Virus record (IMG/VR): IMGVR_UViG_3300037422_000199
Coordinates: 1-48,773 of that record
DNA length: 48,773 nt
Source: a virus
Lineage: Duplodnaviria > Caudoviricetes
Direction: 5' to 3' (one strand)
Part shown: piece by piece, positions 1 to 8,347 of the stretch
Position numbering within the stretch: position 1 is the first letter of the stretch
Layout of the letters: each line of letters opens with the position of its first letter
Made by a program: the position numbers and the translations under genes
Notes under the pieces: generated by a model
Database searches by the model: none
Seen by the model: only the letters and a program-made list of their open reading frames with translations
What the model was told of the DNA's origin: nothing

Positions 1-105
1 GGAACCGCAGAGCCCGGGTCGTGGGTGACTACACGCAGGACGAGCGCGGATGGGTCGGGGCCATCCTCGACTACGGCGACGGCCTGACGTTCGGCGTCCT
101 GTTCG
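1..105. repeat. Terminal anchor X, identical to 48039-48143 (similarity continues, diverged, to about nt 250)
   Basis: Direct comparison; first mismatch at 106 (a) vs 48144 (g). Confidence 0.95.
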
Positions 106-230
106 AGGACCCCGCCCTAGCTATCGAGCCGACCGACCTTGACCCGGATGACGCGTGGGAGGGAGAGTGGGCGGCTGCCGCTCCACTCCTCGCCCCGCTT
201 GCCGGACACACAGAGGGGAGGACCTCGTGA
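1..230 (+). CDS. Hypothetical protein, 5'-truncated allele A of the gene at 48017-48268
   Basis: Same frame and near-identical peptide (GDYTQDERGWVGAILDYGDG...) as 48017-48268. Confidence 0.75.
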   Translation, partial: NRRARVVGDYTQDERGWVGAILDYGDGLTFGVLFEDPALAIEPTDLDPDDAWEGEWAAAAPLLAPLAGHTEGRTS

Positions 231-898
231 CCATAAACGAATACGAGCGACCTGACCGCACCAGAGTCCGCTCCCGCGCCGACCTGCGCGATGCCGACCT
301 GCGCGATGCCGACCTGCGCGAAGCCGACCTGCGCCATACCAATCTGCGCCGGGCCGGCCTGCGCGATGCCGACCTGCGCCAAGCCGACCTGCGCCATGCC
401 GACCTGCGCGATGCCGACCTGAGTTGGGCCGACCTGCGTGATGCCGACCTGAGTTGGGCCAACCTCGCCCGGACTAACCTCACCGGGGCCAACCTGACTG
501 GGACCAACCTCGAAGGGACAGAACTCACCGGGGCCAACCTGACGGGGGTCAAGGGTCTTCGTAGGCCGAAAGCTTGGGAAGCTCGCGGCGGGTGGCTGTA
601 CGCCTACAAGGCCGTTGTGCCTACAGAGGACGGCTTCACCGGCCCGGTCTACCCCGGGCTGACCTACCGCGTAGGCGAGACTGTGGAGGTCGCCGACGCG
701 GACGAGTCTGAGTCCCTATGTGGTCGGGGTATCAACCTCGCAACCCTCGACTGGTGCCATGAGCGGCTACCCGGCAGGGTCATTCTGCGCATGCGCTTCC
801 GCCGGGCAGACGTGGCCAGCGTGCCTTATGCCAGCGATGGCAAGTTCCGCGTGAAGCGGGCAACAGTTGTGGAGGTACTCGCAAATGCGCGGGAATGA
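227..898 (+). CDS. Pentapeptide-repeat protein with C-terminal phage domain (DUF5758/DUF7666-like), allele A
   Basis: GTG in GTGA overlap; tandem A(D/N)Lxx repeats, then YAYKAV...TYRVGE...CGRGI...GKFRV. Confidence 0.85.
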   Translation: MTINEYERPDRTRVRSRADLRDADLRDADLREADLRHTNLRRAGLRDADLRQADLRHADLRDADLSWADLRDADLSWANLARTNLTGANLTGTNLEGTELTGANLTGVKGLRRPKAWEARGGWLYAYKAVVPTEDGFTGPVYPGLTYRVGETVEVADADESESLCGRGINLATLDWCHERLPGRVILRMRFRRADVASVPYASDGKFRVKRATVVEVLANARE

Positions 899-1085
899 GC
901 CGTTTCACCTCATCGACGCCATCATGGCGTACGAGGCTGGCGAGGCTACGGGCGACGAGGTACTCGCCCTCTTCGCCCACCTCGTGAAGACGAGGCAGGC
1001 GTGGATGCTTCAAGGACACTATGGCCGCACGGCCGACGCCCTCATCGACGCCGGCTACATCGACGAGGAGGGGAACATCCTATGA
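885..1085 (+). CDS. Small conserved phage protein (DUF7417-like), present only in allele A
   Basis: GGAGGT RBS at 871-876; IMAYEAGE...LF..LV....AW.LQGHYGRTA..LI motif. Confidence 0.7.
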   Translation: MRGNEPFHLIDAIMAYEAGEATGDEVLALFAHLVKTRQAWMLQGHYGRTADALIDAGYIDEEGNIL

Positions 1086-1161
1086 CCAGCTGGTATGCGC
1101 CGCGCGACTCGGCCCACGCTCCCCTGGGCGGAGGCGACAGGTGCCTATGCGACGACTGCAC
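1076..1161. repeat. Terminal anchor Y, identical to 48688-48773
   Basis: Direct comparison, 86 bp exact. Confidence 0.95.
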
Positions 1162-1285
1162 GTTCACGGGCTTCACGGCCGATGAACTCGCCGCCATTCA
1201 CGGCGAGGAGGGGGGGCTTGACAGCCATGAGATACTGTATCAGGGCGCCGAGGAGCGCCGCCACGACGAAGGAGGTCAGCCATGA
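1082..1285 (+). CDS. Small Cys/His protein (H...CLCDDC), possible Zn-binding
   Basis: ATGA overlaps at both ends; MTSWYAPRDSAH...CLCDDC. Confidence 0.6.
   Translation: MTSWYAPRDSAHAPLGGGDRCLCDDCTFTGFTADELAAIHGEEGGLDSHEILYQGAEERRHDEGGQP
1217..1236 (+). promoter_or_regulatory. Short-spacer promoter-like site CTTGACA-gccatga-GATACT
   Basis: One of five sites with TTGACA-N7-(TGn)-10; lies upstream of an AAGGAGGT RBS and gene 1282. Confidence 0.65.
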
Positions 1286-1497
1286 TGGCGCTCGCATTCA
1301 CCACGAAGAAGGCCGCGAAAGAGGCGCTCGCCGCCCGGGGCACGCTCGGCCCCGAGAACATCATCGAGACATCGTTCTTCGGCTCCGAGTACCGGGATGG
1401 CGACCACTCGGTCGTCGTGAGCACGGCCCCCGACCGCGTCCGCAACAGCTTCGCCCGCATCAGCATCCGCAACGGGCGCATCGTGAAGGTGTCGTGA
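1282..1497 (+). CDS. Hypothetical phage early protein
   Basis: Strong RBS AAGGAGGT; ETSFFGSEY motif; coupled to neighbours. Confidence 0.75.
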   Translation: MMALAFTTKKAAKEALAARGTLGPENIIETSFFGSEYRDGDHSVVVSTAPDRVRNSFARISIRNGRIVKVS

Positions 1498-1688
1498 TGC
1501 GTGACCCCGATACTCTACAGGGCATCGCCGGGCTCGCCGTGCTCGGCCTGTTCATCTACGCCTTCATTGGCTTCGCCCTCCATGACTTGACGGGCTCCGG
1601 GCTCCCGGGCACGGACCTGATGTTCGACCTGCTTGGGCGACAGGCGTGCGCTGTCGGGTCCCAACGCCCAGGCAGTTGCGAGGAGTGA
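1497..1688 (+). CDS. Small membrane protein
   Basis: TGATG overlap; hydrophobic GIAGLAVLGLFIYAFIGFAL. Confidence 0.6.
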   Translation: MRDPDTLQGIAGLAVLGLFIYAFIGFALHDLTGSGLPGTDLMFDLLGRQACAVGSQRPGSCEE

Positions 1689-1948
1689 GCGAGGTCGCCG
1701 ATGTAGTAGCCATCGACGCCATCCAGTACCCGGGCCATCGTGAGCCGAACTGGTACGCGCGCATCCGCGCGGCCGACGGCCGCGTCTGGCACGGGGAGCC
1801 GTGGATGTCGCGCTGGGCGGCAGAGAAGCACGCCGACATCCTGTGGGAGCGGTATGCCCAGGACAGGCGCCTACACGCCGGTGCGCCAGACCGCCGAGCC
1901 GCGCCGAGGCATGCTATGCTGGTAGGTGCAGAGGAAGGAGAAGCATGA
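1685..1948 (+). CDS. Hypothetical protein
   Basis: GTGA and ATGA overlaps with neighbours. Confidence 0.55.
   Translation: MSEVADVVAIDAIQYPGHREPNWYARIRAADGRVWHGEPWMSRWAAEKHADILWERYAQDRRLHAGAPDRRAAPRHAMLVGAEEGEA
1912..1920 (+). promoter_or_regulatory. Extended -10 candidate TGcTATGCT upstream of gene 1945
   Basis: TGnTAnnnT consensus followed by AAGGAG RBS. Confidence 0.4.
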
Positions 1949-2619
1949 CGGACACCGCGCTCGTTGAGATTGGCCCATTGCAGCAGGCCCTAGCCCTGGC
2001 CGCCGAGGCCGGGGATGTCGAGGCCCTGCGGGACGTTCAGGCGATGGCGACCGCCCTTCAGAAGGGTGCCCGCGCTCGCGGGCTGGGCGTCAGCGCCGAG
2101 AATCAGGCGGCCGAGGTCGTGCTGCGCAGTGAGCGTGCGTTGGGAGCCGTGTTCAACGCCATCCCCACGGAGGGCAGGAGGGGTGACTCTCGACCGGAGT
2201 CACCTACCCCGATGCAGCAGGCATGGGCGCTCCTCGGCGAAACACGCGGCAGTGGCAAGAACAAGTCCGGGCCACCAACCCGCGTGCATCACTGGAAGGC
2301 GCTCGCCCGCATCCCTGACGCTGAGTTCGAGGCCATGCTCGACGCCGCGCGCAGGTCGAAGGAGCGCATCGCGAAGGTCAACTTCTACGAGTCTCATGCC
2401 AAGCGGACGGACCGGCCGACGCCACCCCATCCCGGGTTCGAGATGTTCCGCGCGGGCGCGTACAACCTACTCGGGTGGCACGTGGACGACGACGGCGTCG
2501 GCGCTGCCACGAAGAATGGCCTCATGGAACTGCCCGATGACGAACTGCGCCAACTGAGGGTGCTCGTTGAAGCCATCGCCCAGGCGTACGGAGAGGCCGT
2601 GAGGGCACGACGTGGGTGA
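1945..2619 (+). CDS. Helical phage protein resembling the N-terminal domain found on phage DNA methyltransferases; no catalytic domain seen
   Basis: AAGGAG RBS; ENQAAEVVLRSERALG motif. Confidence 0.6.
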   Translation: MTDTALVEIGPLQQALALAAEAGDVEALRDVQAMATALQKGARARGLGVSAENQAAEVVLRSERALGAVFNAIPTEGRRGDSRPESPTPMQQAWALLGETRGSGKNKSGPPTRVHHWKALARIPDAEFEAMLDAARRSKERIAKVNFYESHAKRTDRPTPPHPGFEMFRAGAYNLLGWHVDDDGVGAATKNGLMELPDDELRQLRVLVEAIAQAYGEAVRARRG

Positions 2620-2941
2620 CGAGCACGCCGGTCGAGGCCGGTCATGGGGTGACGGCGGCGGTGACTCGCGGGCACACGTCATCGAGGACATCAGCTACTC
2701 GCAGGGATACCTCGTGTGCCGTTGCGGAGTGCGCGCGACGGGCAACCTAGAGGTCGAGTGGGACGCCCATCGAGGGCTGTCCACGACGGGGGACCGTCAG
2801 CGCCGACGAGCTTACTCGCGCGCGACGGACGCTGAGGTCCGTGTGTTCCTGCGCGAGGTCGCGGGCGAGTTCGACCCGGCCATCATGCTCGACGCGGAGT
2901 ACCGACCTGTACGGTCGGCGAAGGAGGATGAGTGGTGGTAG
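2612..2941 (+). CDS. Hypothetical protein, possible Zn-binding (H..CRCG..H)
   Basis: Overlapping operon arrangement. Confidence 0.55.
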   Translation: MGDEHAGRGRSWGDGGGDSRAHVIEDISYSQGYLVCRCGVRATGNLEVEWDAHRGLSTTGDRQRRRAYSRATDAEVRVFLREVAGEFDPAIMLDAEYRPVRSAKEDEWW

Positions 2942-3189
2942 GGCGGACAGTGGAGCAGAAGGTCGGCGACTGGAAGCGGGCCTTCGACGCAGTACGCGAG
3001 GAGCTGACCCCTCCTCAGATGCGTACAATCCTCGCCGAGATGAAGGAGGTCGAGGGGGTGGCGCAGCTACGCTCATATATGGAACTGGCAGCCATCGTAT
3101 CCGCGAACGACAGGACGGCTGCCTCCGTCGCAGCCACTCTCGTCTACTCGGGCGTCCGACAGCCGGTGACGTATGACGAAGAGGACTGA
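2932..3189 (+). CDS. Hypothetical protein
   Basis: AAGGAGG RBS; operon packing. Confidence 0.6.
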   Translation: MVVGRTVEQKVGDWKRAFDAVREELTPPQMRTILAEMKEVEGVAQLRSYMELAAIVSANDRTAASVAATLVYSGVRQPVTYDEED

Positions 3190-3454
3190 CCTGGGCGACG
3201 GTGACCCGTGCCCGCTCAACCCCGAGCACGGGCACATGTTCTGGCTGGTCGGGTCGGACAATCAGTGGTGCCCGCACCGGGCGCACGACGGGCTGCGCAA
3301 GGTGCCGCCGACCCGAGCCTTCTGGCCGAAGGGCCACCGCTCCTTCGACGAGGCCGTCGCTGCCTATCGGGCTCCCGTCCCGGCTCTTGACAGTGGTGAG
3401 ACAATACCGGCGCTCATCGACATCACGGCCCTCGCGGAGGTGGCAGCATGGTGA
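3173..3454 (+). CDS. Hypothetical Cys/His protein (CPLNPEH...WCPHRAH)
   Basis: Operon packing; metal-binding-like motif. Confidence 0.6.
   Translation: MTKRTDLGDGDPCPLNPEHGHMFWLVGSDNQWCPHRAHDGLRKVPPTRAFWPKGHRSFDEAVAAYRAPVPALDSGETIPALIDITALAEVAAW
3386..3405 (+). promoter_or_regulatory. Short-spacer promoter-like site CTTGACA-gtggtga-GACAAT
   Basis: Same TTGACA-N7 architecture; upstream of GGAGGT RBS and gene 3448. Confidence 0.6.
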
Positions 3455-3678
3455 CACTGGCGGAAGACGAAAGCCCCGAGCGACCACCGGCCGAAGGCTG
3501 GCTGCGCCTCGTCGTGGGCGGCCATGAACGTGCCGCGCTGCGCCGGCTCGTCCTGTGGGTCACCCTCATGGGCGCCCTGGCCCTCGTGGGCCTGACCGCC
3601 GTGAGCGTCAACCCACTCGCCTTCGTTGTCGCCCTCGTCGTGACGGGCCTCCTGTTCGGGACGGACAGCCTCGTATGA
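3448..3678 (+). CDS. Two-TM membrane protein
   Basis: GGAGGT RBS; two hydrophobic segments. Confidence 0.65.
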   Translation: MVTLAEDESPERPPAEGWLRLVVGGHERAALRRLVLWVTLMGALALVGLTAVSVNPLAFVVALVVTGLLFGTDSLV

Positions 3679-4715
3679 GCGGCCCGAGGAACGCCAGCCT
3701 CGCCGGCGACGGCTTCCGGTTCTATCGGTGGGTCGATGCCGCCTCGGGGCAGGAGCACAACGTGCTCTCCGTCACGTCCATCCGCAAGATGTGCGGCGAG
3801 CCTTACACGCTGGTCAACTGGCAGCTCGCAAACATCATCGACGTCGCCATGAGCACGATGAAGCGGACCGTCATCGGGCCTCGCGGCGGTGTCAAGGAGA
3901 CGCGCGTCGTGGACGAGTTCCCGGGCGAGTTCGCCCGCCGGCTCGCCGCGACGGACGGCCAGCAGGGACCGATGGACGAGCTGCGCCGGTGGCTGCGTGA
4001 GCAGGCCGACGAGCCACGCAACATCGCGGCCATCCGGGGCACCATCACGCACGAGGCCATCGAGAAGAACGTGGCCTGGGACCGCGTCGAACGCCCGTAC
4101 GTCGAAGCCGCCTTCGCTAACCTGAGCGAGCGGGACCGGAAGCGGGCTCGGAGCGGCGTGCAGGACCAGGACGTCCTCTTCGTGCGCAACAGCGTGCGCC
4201 AGTACTGGGACATGCGCCGGAGCTACCCGTTCGTCATCATCGCGCGCGAAGTTCAGTGCTTCAACCTTGAAGCCGGCTATGCGGGCTCGTTCGACGCCCT
4301 AGTGTGGGTCCTGCCCGAGGGCATGACGGAGTCGCCCGTCAAGGCTGACGCCATCACGGTCGAGACCGTCAAGCAGTACGGCGGGGAGCTGGTACTCCTC
4401 GACTGGAAGACGTCCAAGGGGGTCTACACGGACCAAGTCATTCAACTCACGGCCTACCTGAGCGCCGAGTTCGTCGGCTCGGATGGGGTCATCGACCATC
4501 GCCTCACCGACCTGCTGCTGGCCACCCGGCGCGGCGGGCTCGTCCACATCCGACCGAACGGGTGGAGCATCCACCTCTTCAAGTACCGGCCCGATGTCGT
4601 ACGCGCCTTCCTGGGCAGCGTGGCCTTTGCCCGCTTCCTGGCCACGTTCCCGGAGCCGACGGGGCTGTTCACGGATATCGTCGCCGGCGAGTCGCCGGAG
4701 GAGGACGCTGCATGA
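3675..4715 (+). CDS. PD-(D/E)XK (RecB/Cas4-like) exonuclease
   Basis: SVTSI; RGTITHEAIE; YAGSFD; LLDWKTSKGVY; QLTAY motifs. Confidence 0.85.
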   Translation: MSGPRNASLAGDGFRFYRWVDAASGQEHNVLSVTSIRKMCGEPYTLVNWQLANIIDVAMSTMKRTVIGPRGGVKETRVVDEFPGEFARRLAATDGQQGPMDELRRWLREQADEPRNIAAIRGTITHEAIEKNVAWDRVERPYVEAAFANLSERDRKRARSGVQDQDVLFVRNSVRQYWDMRRSYPFVIIAREVQCFNLEAGYAGSFDALVWVLPEGMTESPVKADAITVETVKQYGGELVLLDWKTSKGVYTDQVIQLTAYLSAEFVGSDGVIDHRLTDLLLATRRGGLVHIRPNGWSIHLFKYRPDVVRAFLGSVAFARFLATFPEPTGLFTDIVAGESPEEDAA

Positions 4716-5278
4716 GTGGAACCCAGTCCGTCCTCGACCAGATGACGGCCGGCATCATGGCCCGCAAGGACGAGGCCGCGACCAGGCTCACGCCCGTCGG
4801 GCAGGAGCGTATTGCGAACGCGCCCTCCGACGTAGCCGGCGGGGCCGTGCCCCCGCCGACTGCCGCACTCCCGGACGAGGAGCGGCAGTCCATCCTGGCC
4901 GCCATCGTCGAGGCGCGCCAGGAGCTAGCGCGCGCCGAGAAGAGCCTGGAGACAGCCCGCCGAACCCTGGGCGAGGTCGAGAGGAATATCAACCGCGCAA
5001 ACGGGTACATGCTGGAGGCGGACTGGGACGCACGTCGCGCCCGGACAGCCGCCCCGGAGAAGCCGTTCGCGGAGCACTACGCCGAGTTGCAGGCGCGGGC
5101 GCAGAGCGCCGTCTTCGGCAGCCCCGCAGACGAGCCCTCCCCGCAGCCCGTGGAGCAGGACGCGCCCACGGTTGGGTGGGCCTGTCCAGAGCATGGAAGC
5201 GCCAGCCTTACCACCCTCACGAGTCGCAAGGGTCGGACGTACCGGTCCTGCACAGCCTGTCAGGAGTTCGAGAAGTGA
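4712..5278 (+). CDS. Coiled-coil protein with C-terminal Zn ribbon
   Basis: ATGA overlap; heptad-like region; WACPEHG...CTAC. Confidence 0.7.
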   Translation: MSGTQSVLDQMTAGIMARKDEAATRLTPVGQERIANAPSDVAGGAVPPPTAALPDEERQSILAAIVEARQELARAEKSLETARRTLGEVERNINRANGYMLEADWDARRARTAAPEKPFAEHYAELQARAQSAVFGSPADEPSPQPVEQDAPTVGWACPEHGSASLTTLTSRKGRTYRSCTACQEFEK

Positions 5279-5826
5279 AGCGTCTCGTCGTCGCGTTCTT
5301 CACTGCCGCCCTGTTCTTCACCCTGAGTGTGAATATGGCCCTAGCTGTAAAGAAGGTCACCGTATGCCACGCCGCCGGCCAAGCCGGCACGACCCACTTC
5401 GTCACCCTGGAGGTTCCGCCTAACGAGGGCGGCTACCCGCAGGGCCACTTCACTGAGGGCGGCACGCAGGCCGCCGGACACGAGGAGGACTACCTGGGAC
5501 CATGTCAGTCATCCGAGCCATCGCCGCTGCCTTCCACCTCGTCCGACCCGTCTCCGATGGCGTCCCCGACCGCCAGCCCGGAGCCGTCACCGGCGCCGAC
5601 GTCCTCGCCCGAGCCGAGCGATACGCCGGTGCCCAGCCCCCAGCCGACCCCTACCTCCTCAGCCTCGTTGACGCCCAGCGCGCTGCCCACGCCCCCCGCT
5701 ACGGATACCGAGCCCTCCACACCGACCCCTACGACGATTGGGATTGAGCTTCTGATTGCCGCCCAGGTCGCCCTCGCCGGCGCCCTCGTCGGCGACTTCA
5801 TTCACCAGCGGAGGCGCCGCCGATGA
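5275..5826 (+). CDS. Secreted, C-terminally anchored cell-surface protein
   Basis: GTGA overlap; signal peptide; KVTVCH...HEEDYLGPC domain; Pro/Ser/Thr stalk; LPTPPATDT, hydrophobic helix, RRRRR. Confidence 0.8.
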   Translation: MKRLVVAFFTAALFFTLSVNMALAVKKVTVCHAAGQAGTTHFVTLEVPPNEGGYPQGHFTEGGTQAAGHEEDYLGPCQSSEPSPLPSTSSDPSPMASPTASPEPSPAPTSSPEPSDTPVPSPQPTPTSSASLTPSALPTPPATDTEPSTPTPTTIGIELLIAAQVALAGALVGDFIHQRRRRR

Positions 5827-6197
5827 GGTTCTTCGACAAACTGGCCGCCCGTTTCGAACGGTGGCGGCAGGACCGCCACGACGCCGCCCTCCTCAGGAAG
5901 GCCAACAACCTTCTGGCCGAGGGCTTCAAGGCGCCCGAGGGCAGCGTCGCCCACGTCTACGCGAACCCCGAGATGTACAACCGGCGCACCCGTCGGTCGG
6001 TGGGCTACCGCCGGCCGACCGGGCTGCTCACGGCCCAGCACGTAGGCCTGTACGTCCAGCAGGACCCGGTCGGCCTCGTTCCGCGCTACGCGCGCCGACA
6101 TCGGGACGCCCTGGACAAGCCGCGCACCAGCCGCCGCGTGCGGAGGCACCAGGCACGCGTCATCAGGTCCCTGGTCCGCGCAGGCATCGCACCATGA
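5823..6197 (+). CDS. Basic hypothetical protein
   Basis: ATGA overlaps at both ends; Arg-rich. Confidence 0.65.
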   Translation: MRFFDKLAARFERWRQDRHDAALLRKANNLLAEGFKAPEGSVAHVYANPEMYNRRTRRSVGYRRPTGLLTAQHVGLYVQQDPVGLVPRYARRHRDALDKPRTSRRVRRHQARVIRSLVRAGIAP

Positions 6198-6526
6198 GGC
6201 GTGAGCTGCCGCGTTCGATGAGGGTCATCGGACAGAAGGTCACCATCCACCTAGTAGACGACCTGGAACAGGCCGAGGACGAGCCCCTTGCGGGCCACAT
6301 GGACCTGATGGCCGGACGACTCGTCGTCGGCGGGCGCCAGTCGGAGGACCAGCTCGCGGACACGCTCGTCCATGAGACGCTCCACTTCATCCTCCAGATG
6401 GTGGGGCACGATAGCGAGGAGCTGTGCTGGCGGACGGCGCCCGTGTTACTCCAGTTTCTGCGAGACAACCCGAAGTGGCTGGAGTTCGTGACGGGTCGCT
6501 CGATAGGAGGCAGGGGACAGTCATGA
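6194..6526 (+). CDS. Small zincin-like metallopeptidase (ImmA/IrrE-like fold)
   Basis: DTLVHETLH (HExxH) and downstream EE. Confidence 0.75.
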   Translation: MRRELPRSMRVIGQKVTIHLVDDLEQAEDEPLAGHMDLMAGRLVVGGRQSEDQLADTLVHETLHFILQMVGHDSEELCWRTAPVLLQFLRDNPKWLEFVTGRSIGGRGQS

Positions 6527-6999
6527 AGCCGTTCGTCTACCTGGCCGGCCCGATGACGGGCCTGCCCCAGTTCAACTACCCCCACTTCCAGAGCGTCGCA
6601 GCCATACTGCGGGAGGAGGGCTTCCGGGTCCAGAGCCCCGCCGAGATGGACGACCCGGCCACTCAGGCGGCTGCGCTCGCTAGTGCTGACGGCGCGCCCG
6701 GCACGGGCTCGGCCAACGGCGAGACGTGGGGCGACTTCCTTGCACGAGACGTGAAACTCCTGGCCGATGATGGCATCGAGGCCGTGGCCGTGCTAGACGG
6801 CTGGGAGAAGAGCCGGGGCGCCCGGCTGGAGACATTCGTCGCCCACCTATGCGGCCTACCCATCTACTCGTGGGCGTCGCTCGCCATGCATGGCGACAAC
6901 CCGTCCAAGTGGAGGCGCGTCACCCTGCTTGAACTCGTACGGGCCTGGGGAGGAAAGAGTGATATCTCGTTCCACTCGCCGGAGGGAAGGAATGAGTGA
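6523..6999 (+). CDS. DUF4406 / nucleoside deoxyribosyltransferase-like protein
   Basis: VYLAGPMTGLPQFNY; LDGWEKSRGARLE. Confidence 0.85.
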   Translation: MKPFVYLAGPMTGLPQFNYPHFQSVAAILREEGFRVQSPAEMDDPATQAAALASADGAPGTGSANGETWGDFLARDVKLLADDGIEAVAVLDGWEKSRGARLETFVAHLCGLPIYSWASLAMHGDNPSKWRRVTLLELVRAWGGKSDISFHSPEGRNE

Positions 7000-7348
7000 C
7001 GAGGTCCGGGTCACGTCCGCCACGGGCGGACAGAAGGGCCAGAAGGGCGAACGGTTCGGCGGGGCGGACCCGCTCGCCCTCAAGGAACTGGCCCGCGTCT
7101 ACGGCATGGGCGAGCAGAAGTACGAGCGGTACAACTACTTGAAGGGCTACCCCTGGTCGCTCAGTATCGACGCCCTCTTCCGGCACCTGTTCGCGTTCCT
7201 GGCCGGCGAGGAGTTCGACAGCGAGTCCGGGCTGCGCCATACGGCGCACGTTGCGTGGCACGCCCTCACCCTCACGAGCTTCCAGCAGCGCGCTGTCGGG
7301 ACCGACGACCGGGCGCCGCACTTCGACGAGGGGTCCGGTGCCTCCTGA
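6992..7348 (+). CDS. dATP/dGTP diphosphohydrolase-like (DUF5664)
   Basis: TGGQKG; VYGMGEQKY..YNY.KG; ALFRH; DSESGLRHTAHVAW. Confidence 0.85.
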   Translation: MSDEVRVTSATGGQKGQKGERFGGADPLALKELARVYGMGEQKYERYNYLKGYPWSLSIDALFRHLFAFLAGEEFDSESGLRHTAHVAWHALTLTSFQQRAVGTDDRAPHFDEGSGAS

Positions 7349-7532
7349 GCTGACGCCCCTGCAGGAGAGCGTGCGGGACACGTTCCGCCTGCTGCAGGCG
7401 GGCGTCATCGAGAACCCGCGCGATTACGACCACGTGTCCATCGTGTTCTGGAACGACTCGCGCGGCTCTCAGGTCGTGTTCTGGCCGATGCGACTAGAGC
7501 CATATCCGGCTAGGGCGGCACAGGCCTCGTGA
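7338..7532 (+). CDS. Hypothetical protein
   Basis: GAGGGG RBS with GTG; fills the operon gap. Confidence 0.5.
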   Translation: MPPELTPLQESVRDTFRLLQAGVIENPRDYDHVSIVFWNDSRGSQVVFWPMRLEPYPARAAQAS

Positions 7533-7852
7533 GCCACGTCCACCGTGAGGGCGGCCCTACCTGCGACCTGCCCACCAGGAAGGCCTGCGACGAGCGCTAC
7601 GCCGACTGGCAGGCTGCTCAGCAGGTTCGTCTCGCGGCCCTGATTGTGGCCAGGGGCGACGCCAAGAACTTCCGCAAGGACAGCTCCGTGTTCGGGCAGC
7701 TCGTGCAGGTGATGGGAGGACTGAGAGAGACCATCACGAACCAGGACGGCCTCCCATCCGAGGCACCGTTTACGCGGCGCGTCATGCGCATGTTGGAGGT
7801 GTATCATAGTCAGGCGCCGTCTGGCGTCGCAAACACAGGAGGGTCCGAATGA
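7529..7852 (+). CDS. Hypothetical protein
   Basis: GTGA and ATGA overlaps. Confidence 0.6.
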   Translation: MSHVHREGGPTCDLPTRKACDERYADWQAAQQVRLAALIVARGDAKNFRKDSSVFGQLVQVMGGLRETITNQDGLPSEAPFTRRVMRMLEVYHSQAPSGVANTGGSE

Positions 7853-8073
7853 CCCGCATCTTCCGGGGCCAGATGGTCGAGGACGCCGAGTACGAGCGCA
7901 TCCTGGCCGTCGAGGCCGAAGCCGAGGCCGCCGAGCCGGCTGCTGAGGTCCCCGCCGAAGAGGCCGACGAAGCCGAGGCGGATAGTGGCGACACGGACGT
8001 CGCCGTCGCAGACGAGGACGACTTCCTCGCAGACCTCATTGGGGACGTCGAGCCCGAGGCCGAAGATGAGTGA
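7849..8073 (+). CDS. Very acidic small protein
   Basis: AGGAGG RBS; about 28 of 74 residues are D/E. Confidence 0.7.
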   Translation: MTRIFRGQMVEDAEYERILAVEAEAEAAEPAAEVPAEEADEAEADSGDTDVAVADEDDFLADLIGDVEPEAEDE

Positions 8074-8347
8074 CCCATCGGGCCTCATCGGCCGTATCCT
8101 CGACAAGACGCGCGACGTGCTGCAGGGAGAGCCCCTCCGGGCCATCACGTACGGTGCGGCCGTCGTCATCTACTTCGTTGCCAGGGGGTTCGGGGCAATC
8201 CCGGACCAGACCTTCGACGAGGCCATCGTGCAGGCTACTGCCGCCGCCGCCATCATCGTCACGGTCGTCGAGTCGGCCCGACGCTTCGTCTGGTCGCCCC
8301 GGTCGGTGTCCGAGCTGGCGAGCGAGTTGGGCGAAGGCCGAGGGTGA
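8066..8347 (+). CDS. Holin-like two-TM protein
   Basis: EP...two hydrophobic helices...ARRFVWSP, a pattern seen in high-GC phage holins. Confidence 0.55.
   Translation: MSDPSGLIGRILDKTRDVLQGEPLRAITYGAAVVIYFVARGFGAIPDQTFDEAIVQATAAAAIIVTVVESARRFVWSPRSVSELASELGEGRG

Noticed and set aside
1-1161. Diversity-generating retroelement (template/variable repeat pair with 48039-48773)
   Set aside because: Differences are not adenine-specific, include large indels, and no reverse transcriptase gene is visible
6523-7348. 2-aminoadenine (Z) genome pathway
   Set aside because: No PurZ-like or dedicated DNA polymerase gene recognised
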